From positions 20,212,001-20,276,000 of the forward strand of contig OX597842.1 of NCBI GenBank assembly GCA_951406725.2: a stretch of DNA of 64,000 bases, read 5' to 3'. The notes below the pieces were generated by a model. The model was not told where the DNA came from. It was given only the letters and a program-made list of their open reading frames with translations, and did no database searches. Source of the stretch: Octopus vulgaris (lineage: Eukaryota). This document shows, piece after piece, positions 12,127 through 24,886 of the stretch. Made by a program: the position numbers and the translations under genes. Position 1 is the first letter of the stretch; each line of letters begins with the position of its first letter.

Positions 12127-12510
12127 GGAGGTGCAATGGCCCAGTGGTTAGGGCAGCGGACTCGCGGTTGTAGGATCGCAGTTTCGATTCCCAGACCGGG
12201 CGTTGTGAGTGTTTATTGAGTGAAAACACCTAAAAGCTCCACGAGGCTCCGGCAGGGATGGTGGTGATCCCTGCTGTACTCTTTCACCACAACTTTCTCT
12301 CACTCTTACTTCCTGTTTCTGTTGCACCTGTATTTCAAAGGGCCGGCCTTGTCACTCTCTGTGTCACGCTGAATATCCCCGAGAACTACCTTAAGGGTGC
12401 ACGTGTCTGTGGAGTGCTCAGCCACTTACACGTTAATTTCACAAGCAGGCTGTTCCGTTGATCGGATCAACCAGAACCCTCGTCGTCGTAACCGACGGAG
12501 TGCTTCCACC
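12127..12510 (+). mobile_element. tRNA-derived SINE family B (copies about 39990-40570 with internal duplication, 49204-49590, 53243-53595)
   Basis: Head ggagg(c/t)gcaaTGGCCCAGTGG...gtttcgattccc and a conserved body in dispersed copies. Confidence 0.8.
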
Positions 12511-12557
12511 ACAGTGAACTACGACAGACAAATGGTAAAATTGGGAGAGAATTAGAT

Positions 12558-12955
12558 ATCATCATCATCATTGTTTGACCGTGGTCAAGACAATGGAATT
12601 TACCATGCTACGCCAGACTTCACAGTCCATCATAGCATTACGGAAGTCCTGTTGCTGGATGCCTGTATCCCTGGAGATTACATCAGGGTAGGAGAGTGTG
12701 CGCCCTCTGGTATCGTGACCGTGGTCGAGACAATGGAATTTACCATGCTACACCAGACTTCACGATCCATCATAGCATTACGGAGGTCCTGTTGCTGGAT
12801 GCCTGTACACCTGGAGATTACATCAGGGTAAGAGAGTGTGCGCCCTCTGGTATCGCGACCGTGGTAGAGACAATGGAATTTACCATGCTACGCCAGACTT
12901 CACGATCCATCATAGCATTACGGAGGTCCTGTTGCTGGATGCCTGTATCCCTGGC
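12558..12955 (-). mobile_element. RTE-type LINE 3' end with about 3 tandem copies of a 140-bp unit
   Basis: (TCA)n tail, then gaccgtggtc(a/g)agacaatggaatt...ccctctggtatc repeated near 12577, 12717 and 12857. The single-copy paralogue is at 49635-50040. Confidence 0.8.
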
Positions 12956-12974
12956 TGTTTAGTTACGTGGAAAT

Positions 12975-13160
12975 TAGAGAAACCATGTCATTGTGATATC
13001 TGTGGTGAATGGTTCTCTCAAATAAATCTCTTAGATAAACACAGACACACATTGATATGGAAGAGAAACCATGTAACTGATTCTGTGGTATATCCTTCTC
13101 TGAAAAAAGACAATTAACTACAGATATATTTCTCATCATAGAGAAGAGTGACTGTATCAA
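12975..13160 (+). pseudogene. C2H2 zinc-finger remnant (inverted copy at about 14225-14300)
   Basis: EKPCHCDICGEWFSQINLLDKHRHT, then a frameshift and a decayed second finger. Confidence 0.65.
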
Positions 13161-13217
13161 TATTGTTCATGGCCTTCAGGAAATTCTTCTTTTAATGAAG
13201 AAACCACTACAGAAAAT

Positions 13218-14198
13218 GGGATTTTTTTCTAGCAGTGTGATATCAAAATGTCACCCATAATTATGACCCTAGTATCGATCTATTGCATTTCAATCTGCTC
13301 TAGGGTTAGGTTAGGGGTGCGGGGAAGGTATCTTATTTCTTCAGAAATGTTAATAAACCCAATCTGTTTCTTAAACGAGGGACATATTCATACGGCAGAG
13401 AATGTTTTCACCTCAAGAGACGTCATTGATTGGTTGAAATTGCAGAAATTGAAGGAAAAAACAACAAATATCTTATAAACTATGGAATTTTCTCAATAAA
13501 GCCAAGAGAAAAAGATGTTTTATAAACACATTCTACCAGTATACGAAGTTTGAAAGTGCTTAGTTACGTGGAAATTATTTTTAAAAACTGCCGGTCAAAC
13601 CGAAAAGATCCCAAATATCTTACAAACTATAGAATTTTCTCAATAAAACCAAGAGAAAAAGATGTTTTATAAACACATTCTACCAGTATACAAAGTTTAA
13701 AAGTGCTTAGTTACGTGGAAATTATTTTAAAAAACTGCCGGTCAAACTGAAAAGATCCCAAATATCTTACAAATTATAGAATTTTCTCAATAAAGCCAAG
13801 AGAAAAAGATGTTTTATAAACACATTCTACCAGTATACAAAGTTTAAAAGTGCTTAGGTACGTGGAAATTATTTTTAAAAACTGCCGTTCAAACCTAAAA
13901 GATCCCAAATATCTTACAAACTATAGAATTTTCTCAATAAAGCCAAGAGAAAAGATGTTTTATAAACATATTCTACCAGTATACAAAGTTTAAAAGTGTT
14001 TAGTTACATGGAAATTATTTTAAAAAACTGCCGTTCAAACCGAAAAGATCCCAAATATCTTACAAACTATAGAATTTTCTCAATAAAGCCAAGAGAAAAA
14101 GATGTTTTATAAACACATTCTACCAGTATACAAAGTTTAAAAGTGTTTAGTTACGTGGAAATTATTTTTAAAAACTGCCGGTCAAACCGAAAAGATCC
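13218..14198. mobile_element. GGATC-ended MITE with 5 tandem copies of its ~147-bp terminal unit
   Basis: Units end in aaagatcc at about 13611, 13758, 13905, 14051 and 14198. The same element is at 16365-16774, 60130-60315 and 62096-62390. Confidence 0.8.
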
Positions 14199-15629
14199 CT
14201 GACCTGTATTACTGGAAACCTTCCTGAAACCATTCACCACAGATATCACAATGACATGGTTTCTCTCCTAATGAATGAGTCTGTGAGTGGTCAAGTGATC
14301 TACTTCAGAGAGTAATTCACCAAAGAGGAAGGCTCTCAGAATGATGCAGATGCCTCTAATGAGAACCCATTAATGTTGTTTATATTTAAAGGTGCAGGAG
14401 TGTCTGTTAATTACAGAAACAGGATTCTTCTGTCAGGTTCTGTGTAACATCGACTTCAAAATATGATAAATATTGATGACGCTTCTGCAGTAAAATTCCT
14501 CTCATGCCAATGTCCTCTGATATTCTGAAATAAGAGAGAAACAACAGTTTAAGACAGAGTGTAGCTTTGGTTATGACAAAGGCTTGGGGTTCATTTATAT
14601 ACGACATTTACTGCTAGATTCTTTTTAAACAAGGCTTCATGAAAATACAGACTCAATCTTATATGAACATTGTATTTGAGAGGGGTTGAAGGCCTTCAAC
14701 AGATAACATTGTGTAACACAGTTTTTGTCCTTGGGTAGCAACAAAGCAAAATCGTCATTTCTTTTCATTTCTAAATAGAATCAAATAGGAAATAACACTT
14801 ACAAACCAAAGACTAAAATAATAAGACTTTCGTTTCACAGCCATTTGAAAAATCAAGCTGGGTTGAGTATGAAGCTGTGAAAACAGTTACGAGAACGGAA
14901 TTTACCAAGGACTGTGAAGAATTTTTTTTCGCTCTGAGGTAAGTATGTGAATAGGTGTCTTTTACTAATTTTGATGTGGTGAATTCAAATTTCTGAACTG
15001 TCTTGCTCTATCACTTCTAGTTTTTTTTTTTGCTTTCACATATCCCATTTTAATTATACTGCATATAGTTTCAGAATATAATGTGTTTATTTCATCTGTT
15101 ACAAAGGCAAAAAAAAAAAAAAACGGCATAGATACAGAACATTGATGGAAGTAAATTACTTGGATAATACAATAGGCGCAGGAGTGGCTGTGTGGTAAGT
15201 AGCTTGCTTACCAACCACATGGTTCCGGGTTTAGTCCCACTGCGTGGCACCTTGGGCAAGTGTCTTCTGCTATAGCCTCGGGCCGACCAATGCCTTGTGA
15301 GTGGATTTGGTAGACGGAAACTGAAAGAAGCCCGTCGTATATATGTATATATATATATATATGTGTTTGTGTGTCAGTGTTTGTACCCCTAGCATTGCTT
15401 GACAACCGATGCTGGTGTGTTTACGTCCTCGTCACTTAGCGGTTCGGCAAAAAGAGACCAATAGAATAAGTACTGGGCTTACAAAGAATAAGCTCGATTA
15501 AAGGCGGTGCTTCAGCATGGCCGCAGTCAAATGACTGAAACAAGTAAAAGAGTAAAAGAGAGTATACACAAATCACAGTACAGCAGACAGAAGTGAATTT
15601 TTGGGGGGCAATCTTGTATACTTTGTCTC

Positions 15630-15880
15630 TGGGATGTCATACAAGAGCATCCAGCAAATGTCCCCCATCATGCAGGGTTTCCACTTTGCCTTGGTAGTTG
15701 CTCTCCATCTCAGTAATATCTAGGTAGAACCTTCCTCCATGCCCATCACTCACTACTCCAAGCTTGAGACGAAAGAAGTTGAGATGGGAGTGGTGAAAGT
15801 GAATTTTGAGTGACATTTGGCATCCCAGATCCTCAGAAGACAGTAACAACTTCTCCATATACTCTTGGTAATTTAGTAAA
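15630..15880 (-). mobile_element. DNA-transposase C-terminal remnant (superfamily uncertain, possibly Sola-like)
   Basis: MSLKIHFHHSHLNFF...LGVVSDGHGGRFYLDITEMESNYQG resembles the widespread HFLHSHLDFFP-LG-VSDE-GERFHQDI-ME-RYQG motif. Confidence 0.55.
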
Positions 15881-17332
15881 GTGAAAACTAGTTTTTGTAT
15901 CTAAAATTATGCTAGAACAACTATTTCTAATTTATTGTGTCTGGGGAAAGTCATTCTCTGTTAGTGCTTTATTATTTAACACACTCACTGGTTTGATTTC
16001 CACTCATTTACTTATTTATTTTTTCTAAAATTTTCATTGCGTCTTGCAATCTTTTCAAGAGTCATTGACTCTGTACATTATCCAAGCTGCGTTCTCTTTG
16101 TTTGTGCGCATATGTGTGGGTCAGTGTGTGTGTGTGCATATACAGATGTATGTATGTTTGCATGCATTTATCTGTGTGTCTATGTTTGTATGCATGTATT
16201 CTGCATATTCATGTTTGTGTGTGTGTGTGTGTACCTCTGTCTCCTTATGTGTGTCTGTGTATGGGTTTTTGTGACAATGTACATATGTCTATATTACCTA
16301 TGTACCTATCTATCTGTTTACTTACATATCCATTTACCTACATATATATGCATACACACACATGGGATCTTTTCAGTTTGAACGGCAGTTTTTTCTAGCG
16401 GTGTCATATGAAATTGTCACCCATAATTATGACCCTAGTATCGATCTATTGCATTTCAATCTGTTTTAGGGTTAGGGGTGGGGAGAAGGGTATCTTTTTT
16501 CTTCACAAATGTAAATAAACTCAATCTGTTTCTTAAACGAGGGACATATTCATACGGCATATAATGTTTTTTACCTCAATAGACGTCCATTGTTTGGTTG
16601 AAATTGCAGAAGTTAAAGAAAAAACAACAACAAATATCTTACAAACTATAGAATGTTCTCAATAAAGCCAAGAGAAAAAGATGTTTTATAAACACATTCT
16701 ACCAGTATACGAAGTTTAAAACTTTTTAGTCACCTAGAAATTGTTACAAACTGCCGTTCAAAAGGAAAAGATCCGATTTCATGTTTCTCCATAGTGTGTG
16801 CGTGCTTGTTCTTGTGTGTGTGTGTGTGCCTGTTCTGTTTTTATCTACCGTAAATCCTCGAGTATAGTCTGCGATGTTGGTGGGGGGACAAACACATAAA
16901 CACACACACATACATTATATACGACAGGCTTCTTTCAGTTTCCGTCTATCAAATCCACTCCCAAGGCTTTGGTCGTCCCATGGCTATAGTAGAAGACACT
17001 TGCCCAAGGTGCCACGCAGTGGGAATGAACCCGGAACCATATGGTTCGTAAGCAAGCTACTTACCACACAGCCACTCCTGGGTTGATATCTAACAATAAT
17101 CCCTGTTGGAAATTCCACGGTTTTGGGTGCTGTCTTACGTTTGAATATTATATAAGGTTTAAGTTTTATACCGTCAGCCATACAAGCTAACATGACAGTA
17201 AAACGATTTCTTTCGTGGCCCGTGGTTTTAATTGTAATTGACGATGTACCACTGAAATCTAGTATTGTGCTATCTGCAGGAATACCAAAAGTTAATGGGG
17301 TCTGGTTCGCTTTACCAAGCAATGACAACGGG

Positions 17333-18114
17333 GGATCTTTTCCTTTTGAACGGCACGTGTCAACACAATTTCTAGTTAACTAAACACTTTTAAACTTCGT
17401 ATACTGGTAGAATATGTTTATAAAACATCTTTTTCTCTTGGCTTTATTGAGAAAATTCTATAGTTTGTAAGATATTTGGGATCTTTTCGGTTTGAACGGC
17501 AGTTTTTTAAAATAATTTCCACGTAACTAAACACTTTTAAACTTCGTATACTGGTAGAATGTGTTTATAAAACATCTTTTTCTCTTGGTTTTATTGAGAA
17601 AATTCTATAGTTTGTAAGATATTTCGTCTGAAAATCCGAGCATTTCGGCAATTTTAACCAATCAATTACCTCCATTCAACTAAAATCATTTGCTGCGTCT
17701 AAAACTTAGACAACATCCTGTAACTAACCCTAAACCTGACCCTAACCCTAACCCTAATTTTTTTTCTTAATTGTTAAATTAATTTAATTCCATTGCTTTA
17801 ATTTTCTTTACACGCGTAACAATTAAATTAATTTAATAATTAAGAAAAAAAAATTAAGGTAAGGGTTAGGGGAGGATTAGGGTTAGTTACAGGATGCTGT
17901 ATCAGTTTTAGACGCAGCAAATGATTTTAACTCAAAAGAGAGCATAGGATTGGTTAAAATTCGAAAAATTAAACTACGTTAAACTTACAAATTACAATTT
18001 TCTCAAGAAAGCCAAGAGAAAAAAATGTTTTATTTTGACACATTCTACCAGTATACGAAGTTTAAAAGTGTTTAGTTAACTAGAAATTGTCTGCCGTTCA
18101 AAACGAAAAGATCC
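17333..18114. mobile_element. GGATC...GATCC MITE inserted in pogo, 8-bp TSD, internal palindrome with TTAGGG-like repeats
   Basis: TIR GGATCTTTTC/GAAAAGATCC; flanks ACAACGGG / ACAACGGA. Confidence 0.8.
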
Positions 18115-18392
18115 ACAACGGATAATCCTTTTTCCATCGCATTTTAATAATAAACTTCTGAAAGTTCATTAACTTCTCTTCAATATCAGCTGGTAACTTT
18201 TTGTGAAATGTGGGTTCGCCTCCTAATAGACAAGTCGTGCCTTGACATAAAGTTACTGGCCCAGCCATGGGATGCTTTAAATTCTGACCCATTAAGTTTT
18301 ATCTTTTTGGCAACGAATTTTGCCTGTATCCCCAAATGTTATTAATGGCTATTCCACCAAGTCTTCTTTCCTCTACACATTCAAGCAAATTT

Positions 18393-18972
18393 GGATCTTT
18401 TCCTTTTGAATGGCAGACAATTTCTAGTTAACTTTCACTCGGATTTTCAGACGAAATATCTTACAAACTATAGAATTTTCTCAATAAAGCCAAGAGAAAA
18501 AGATGTTTTATAAACACATTCTACCAGTATACGAAGTTTAAAAGTGTTTAGTTACGTGGAAATTATTTTTAAAAATCTGCCGTTCAAAGCGAAAAGATCC
18601 GGTATTTCTATAAAATTTCATTGAAAAAACCCATTTTCCTAAAAGTTTAGAGAAAAACTCGGATCTTGTGATTTTTTCCAAGTCCTCACCCCACCCTCCT
18701 GTTGCTTTACGCGCATTTTCCCCCCTGTTCGTTGCCTACACATTGTTTTACACCTATTCGAATATTTTTTCTATTTTTTGGATTTTCAGTTCCGGGTCTA
18801 GATATGAACATTAAACAAAACTCTTAAAAAGTTTTATTGTCAAATGTTTTGTCATAAATAGGCAATCGGGATCTTTTCGGTTTGAACAGCAGTTTTTTCA
18901 GTATACGAAGTTTAAAACTTTTTAGTTACCTAGAAATTATGTTACAAACTGCCGTTCAAAAAGAAAAGATCC
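18393..18972. mobile_element. Composite MITE insertion (two MITE pieces around unrelated DNA), 8-bp TSD
   Basis: Flanks GCAAATTT / GCAAATCT; internal GATCC end at 18600 and GGATC start at about 18869. Confidence 0.75.
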
Positions 18973-19340
18973 GCAAATCTTTTTCAAGTTCAGGATGTTT
19001 GGCTTTTCCCCCCTTCTTGCCTTCTTTATCTTTGGCATCTGTTTAATTTCAGCTTTATTTCTTCTCCATAACCTGAACATTGCTTTCGTCCGCATCAAAT
19101 TTTCTACCATGCTCTTCAGCAAAGTTTAAACATAGCTGAATAAGATCTACGAGGCATTTTATGGGCGTGTAATGTATAAAATGGTTTATTAGAGATTAAT
19201 GTACATGTTTAAGTCTCGCTTATAAAAGAAAAACCCTAGTAAAGACCCACAGTAGTTCAAACATTTAATACTGGTATTTGATTAAGTATCGTTTGCCACG
19301 ATAATGGCTAACAGTAGATGCTTATATCTTTATATATATA

Positions 19341-19853
19341 CTAGCAGTATCGGCCGGCGTTGCTCGGGTTTGTAAGGGAAATAACTATATAAGCATTTTT
19401 AGAGAGTTACTTCCCTTATAGATGCCAATTCGGGCTTTCTTAGCCATTTCTGTTTTGGTGTCTTCAAGCCATGAAGTCGTTGTTCTAAAAGAACGCTGGT
19501 CTCCTTGACAACGCTTTACGACGTTGATTTCCTTACACTCCCTTCCCCACAGCTTCACGAGGGAGGGAAGAAGGGGGAGAAGCAAACAGGTGCAGGTGTG
19601 ACCATGGACGCCAACTCCGCCGCCATCGACACACGATAAAATATGCATTAAAATGGAATAAAAAATGATGTTAAATTATTTTTAAAATCGTAGACTCATC
19701 GTAGACGCGCGCTAATACTCAGATGGGCTCGATATGAATCACGACTATAAGATAGCCGAATTTGGTTAAACTGCACCGCAAAATGTGGGAGTAGTTAGGA
19801 ATCTAAATCGAAGGGGACAGACACTCACACAACTACAGTTTTATATATATAGA
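19341..19853 (-). mobile_element. Non-autonomous Helitron
   Basis: On the minus strand: 5' TC, 3' hairpin cccgagcaacgccggc followed by CTAG, inserted at A|T. Confidence 0.75.
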
Positions 19854-20539
19854 TTAATGTACATGTTTAAGTCCCGCTTAAAAAAGAAAAACCCTAGCAA
19901 AGACCCACAGTAGTTCAAACATTTAATACTGGTATTTGATTAAGTATCGTTTACCACGATAATGGCTAACAGTAGATGCTTATATCTTTATATATAATTA
20001 TGTATACATAAAAGCAGAACAGACACGCACACACAACCCAATTAGCCTTCTTCTCGTCCTCCCATTTCAGCAATTATCACGGAAATACCCGAAATCAAAT
20101 GTCAAATTTTGTCGAGTTATAGTGATGGAATGCCAATTTATTATTATTATTACTCTGTACTTGTTTCAGTCATTTGACTGCGGCCATGCTGGAGCACCGC
20201 CTTTAATCGAGCAACTCGACCCCGGTACTTATTCTTTTTGTAAGCCCAGTACTTATTCTATCAGGGTTTTTTTGCCGAACCACTAAGTAACGGGGAGATA
20301 AACACACAATGCTAGGGGGACAAACACAGACACACAAACACACACGCACATACATATATATATATATACATATATACGACGGGTTTCTTTCAGTTTCCGT
20401 CTACCAAATCCACTCACAAGGCTTTGGTCGGCCTGAGGCTATAGTAGAAGACACTTGCCCAAGGTGCCATGCAGTGGGACTGAACCCGGAACCATGTGGT
20501 TGGTAAGCAAGCTACTTACCACACAGCCACTCCTGCGCC

Positions 20540-20585
<46 letters not shown>

Positions 20586-22465
20586 CATTATTATTATTAT
20601 TATTATTATTTGTTTTGAAAACGAAAGAAATTTCGTTCAGAGATTTATTATTGAAAGAATTTCTTTTACTCAAAAAATCTTCAGATAGGCGCAGGAGTGG
20701 CTGTGTGGTAAGTAGCTTGTTTACCAACCACATGGTTCAGGGTTCAGTCCCACTGCGTGGCACCTTGGGCAAGTGTCTTCTGCTATAGCCTCGGGCCGAC
20801 CAAAGCCTTGTGAGTGGATTTGGTAGACGGAAACTGAAAGAAGCCCGTCGTATATATGTATGTTTGTGTGTCTGTGTTTGTCCCCCCACCACCACCACCA
20901 ACATCGCTTGACAACTGATGCTGGTGTGTTTCTGTCCCCGTTACCTAGCGGTTCGGCAAAAGACACCGATAGAATAAGTACTGGGCTTACAAAAGAATAA
21001 GTCCCGGGGTCGAGTTGCTTGATTAAAGGCGGTGCTCCAGCATGGCCGCAGTCAAATGATTGAAACAAGTAAAAGAGTAAAGAGAGTATATGCTCAATCT
21101 ACAGGGCATAAGCGATTATTTGGTAAAAGTTTCGTTAAAAAGTATCTGTTTTTCTGGCGGTTTTGATGCAACAAAGTCGGTGGGGTATTAAACTGTAGGT
21201 ATGCCTCTTGTTCAATAAACCTTAACGGTAACCTTCGTTGAATTTTCAAAGAATTAACGAAGTTAACTTTTAGATTAACCCTGCCCACCTCTGTATATAT
21301 GTATAGGCTTGTTTGGGTCCGTATGTAAAATACGTATGTATACGAGAATCAATTGAGACGGTAATAGACCAAATGATGTTTATTTTTGAACATAGTACCC
21401 CCTCGCCCACACATCCCAACCGTCGAAGCTGCAGTGTTTAATTCTATTGGTGGAGAACTTTGCATCCTTTTTAGTCTTCGACAGCAGATGCTACGTCGTC
21501 GTTACTGGAATACTTGTTCTCGGGTAAGTGTTTTTAAATTCCAATGTTGGGCAGGGCCGTCGAGGCCCTAAGTTCTTAAAAGATTTGGGTATCTCCGTAA
21601 AAGATTATGTAATTCGAAATATTAAACGAATCTTTTCGGTTTGAATCGGAACAACATTTTCTATGAATTCCTATGATTTCCTAATATGCTATAAAATCCT
21701 TTTTCGAGTCCCGAAATCGGGGTGGGGTGAGGTGGAAACCTCAGAAATTTCACCCGCACCCCTATTAAGCTTTTCACCTGCACGATTTTCACCGAGGGAA
21801 AAAAACTCCAGCAAAATAATAACAACAACAAGAACAACAATAATAATAATGGAATTATTGTATACAGTGCTCAGGTGCACCACAACTTGTCAAAACAAAA
21901 AACCATTATACATCTTCATCATCTTTTAACATCTACTTTCCATGCTGGCATGGGTTGGATGGTTTGATAAAGGACTCTGTGTGTGTGTGTGTGTGAGCCT
22001 GTACATCTGAGAGAAAAGAAAATATTTGTCAACAGAAAAGTTTACAAATTTTGCATCAAAATAAGGGCGATCCTTCGGCATTTCTCTACCGGGTTCAGTC
22101 CCACTGCGTGGCACCTTGGGCAAGTGTCTTCTGCTATAGCCCCGGGCCGACCAATGCCTTGTGAGTGGATTTGGTAGAAGGAAACTGAAAGAAGCCTGTC
22201 GTATATATGTATATATATATATGTGTGTGTTTGTGTGTCTGTGTTTGTCCCCCTAGCATTGCTTGACAACCGATGCTGGTGTGTTTACGTCCCCGTCACT
22301 TAGCGGTTCGGCAAAAATGAAACCGATAGAATAAGTACTGGGCTTACAAAGAATAAGTCCCGGGGTCGATTTGCTCGACTAAAGGCGGTGCTCCAGCATG
22401 GCCGCAGTCAAATGACTGAAACAAGGTAAAGAGTGCCTGTATTCGGGTGTGTGTGTGTTTTAAAA

Positions 22466-22849
22466 CTAGCAGTATCGCCCGGCGTTGCTCAGGTTTGTAA
22501 GGGAAATAACTATAAAGCATTTTTAGAGAGTTATAGCCAAAAAATAGCAAAAAAATGGAAAAAAATGATGGTAAATATTTTTTTGAGAGTAAAAAAAGGA
22601 TGGAGTTGCGTCCCCTAGACAGTTTGTGGTTCGTGTTTCCGATTCTCGACCCCATGTCGAATTTATCGATTTTTTTCAGAACTGGGGAAACTTTTCAAAA
22701 TTTTCGCTAAGTTAGTTTTGAATTATGACATTGGGCTATGTGTGTGTCAAGTTTCATCAGAATCGGTTGAAAGCCGCGGTCGGGGTGAGGGTACAAGCAA
22801 ACAGACACACAGAAACACGCACAGACAAACTGCCGTTTATATATAGAGA
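22466..22849 (-). mobile_element. Non-autonomous Helitron
   Basis: Same CTAG/hairpin end (ctagcagtatcgcccggcgttgctc) and a TC...tatatataaac start. Confidence 0.7.
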
Positions 22850-23054
22850 TGATACACACACCCATATTCCCTCTCTTTCACCTTCTCCCTCCCTATACTC
22901 CCCATTATACACACACACTCTCTCTCTCTCTCTCTCTCCACTTCATTTACCAATAATGTAAATACAGAAAACGCACACACCCATATTCCCTCTCTTTCAC
23001 CTTCTCCATCCCTCTATCTCCCTATCACTCCCTCTGAATCCACAGCATCTAAGC

Positions 23055-23276
23055 CAGTGCTTTTCAGCCTTTTTGCTGGAGCGGAACCCCAAGGAAGCAT
23101 TCCACTGGCTCGAGGAACCCCTGTGCAATAATTTAATTGACTTATTATGCACACATATCTGTACAGGAGAATTAAAAATTACTGTCGATTTTAGCAGTTT
23201 TGTAACAGCTTGCGGAACCCCTGGACTGTACTGACGGAAGCCTAAGGTTCCGCGGAACCCTGGTTGAAAACCACAG
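23055..23276. mobile_element. hAT-like MITE
   Basis: Ends CAGTGCTTTTCA / TGAAAACCACAG, internal gcggaacccc repeats, catctaagc on both flanks. Confidence 0.6.
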
Positions 23277-24692
23277 CATCTAAGCAGTATTCGTTGCATC
23301 CATTTTTCTGGAAGTTACGACGCACCAAAGTCGAGGAGGTCACGCATCTGGAGTTACGCCAAATAAAATTACGTATTTTATTTATATAGAAATAGCAAGT
23401 AATTCGTACTGAAAACTGAAACTTATGGGCAAAGGCAATGTTTCGTTTGTAGTAGCACGCTTGTAGCAATACTTACACACACACACACATACATATACAC
23501 ATACACCGAGTAAAAAATCAGTTATCTCTCTCTTTCACACATTACTCTCTCTGTCTCTTCGCACACACTAACAGAAGCACTTCACTTACACAACATACTG
23601 TCTGTCTCCCACACCCCATCAAACACACACACGGGGACTACAAAGAGAAACCTTCTCGTCGTAAAATCGCTTCCTCTTAGTCTCTTTCGCTCTCATTACT
23701 TATGTAAAAAAATAAAAGTATTTTACGGAAATCGACGGAAATCTGAGCTACGACATACGAAACTTCGCCTAAATTAATTTATCAATTAAGAAAAAAAGAC
23801 GAAAGGCTAAAAGTAGGGTCAGGTTTAGTGTTAGTGAATGTTTTGAAAACAAAGTCAATAAAACTCAAAGTATGGATCGACTAGTCATGACTAGCTTGTG
23901 CGGATGCATGACTACACAAGTGCGCGCACCGTGACGTCTGTGGCGTAAAAGGATCTATTATCGAAGCACTGGAAGGGTGTCGAGATCCTTTCTAGTCACA
24001 TACAAAATTCTTGCAGAAAACAAACAGACGAAACTCAGATTAAAGGTGAACAGACAACTTGGTTTATTGATTCATGGTTGTACGTTGTCTGATGGGGGAA
24101 TAGACAGCCTCTGATATATTGCTGGTGTTGGTCTTGAGGTTGGTTGAAGCTGGTGTGTGGCTGTCAGAGCCAGGAAAACCGTGACCGATCGCAGGGCTGT
24201 CTTGAGCCGAAGAGAGAGATTTGAGGTTCGCGGGCTCGAGAGATGTTTTCCCGCACATGCACATGGGGAAGACTTCCGGTGGCCACCCGCATGCGCGCCG
24301 AACCCTACACGTCTATACTCAAGTAGTCCCGCCTCTTCGTCTGTGCCATAAGAGAAGCTTGTGTCAGTGGCTGACGTTGTTTACCAAAACTGAAGAATTA
24401 CGTCTGGAAATCTTTCGGCTTTGGCTGCAGAAGCGTCGAATTTGATCAGCGGATTGTTCGTAAATTCCCGTAAAAAATTATTTTATTTTCTTTTATTTTG
24501 ATGATGAGTGGAAGGCGATATTTGCTTCTGAGAGGAGAAAGTGAAAGATGTGTGTCCCTGTTTATGAAAGATAACGGATGTACGCGCAATCACGCCATAT
24601 TCAGTGTATCTACTTGTAGTTAGTCACACCCAAACACACATCTACACTCATTATCTTTCATATACATCAGACAGTTTTTGCTCCATTCTAGC

Positions 24693-24740
24693 AAAAACTG
24701 TCTGATGAACGGCAACGAGAAACTCAGAGTAACAGATTTT
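24693..24740 (+). ncRNA. Degenerate hammerhead motif in a Penelope-like terminal repeat
   Basis: aaaactgt-CTGATGA-acg-gcaa-cga-GAAAC-tcaga-GTA-acag-atttt, followed by a short AATAAA-containing tail and (TA)n. The stem II closing pair is mismatched. Confidence 0.5.
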
Positions 24741-24837
24741 GTTGAATTTTCTGCTGCTTTAAATAAAGCATATTACTCTACCACTGGTATTTGAGTACTC
24801 TTTTTTCCACCTTGTTTCACATTTATGTGTTTACTCC

Positions 24838-24886
<49 letters not shown>

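Larger units (their letters stand above)
17080..19170 (-). mobile_element. Degenerate pogo-family transposon (Brinker/CENP-B HTH + DDE_1), split by two MITE insertions
   Basis: Pieces RLWRRNKAEIKQMPK..ARRG, PELEKDL|LECVEERR, KLPADIEEKLMNFQKFI and ANQTPLTF...IKTTGHERNRFTVMLACMADGIKLKPYIIFKRKT join when the inserts are removed. Confidence 0.85.

Noticed and set aside
12127-12200. tRNA gene-like sequence
   Set aside because: It continues into a SINE body found in several copies and has no clean cloverleaf or terminator.
14841-14938. Exon-like segment (ttcacAG...gag|GTAAGT)
   Set aside because: No partner exons or homology to the Ig-like genes; it lies in decayed transposon-like DNA.
17720-17890. 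Telomere-like (CCCTAA)/(TTAGGG) repeats, also near 60196
   Set aside because: Only a few units, internal to the MITE family; not a telomere or fusion site.
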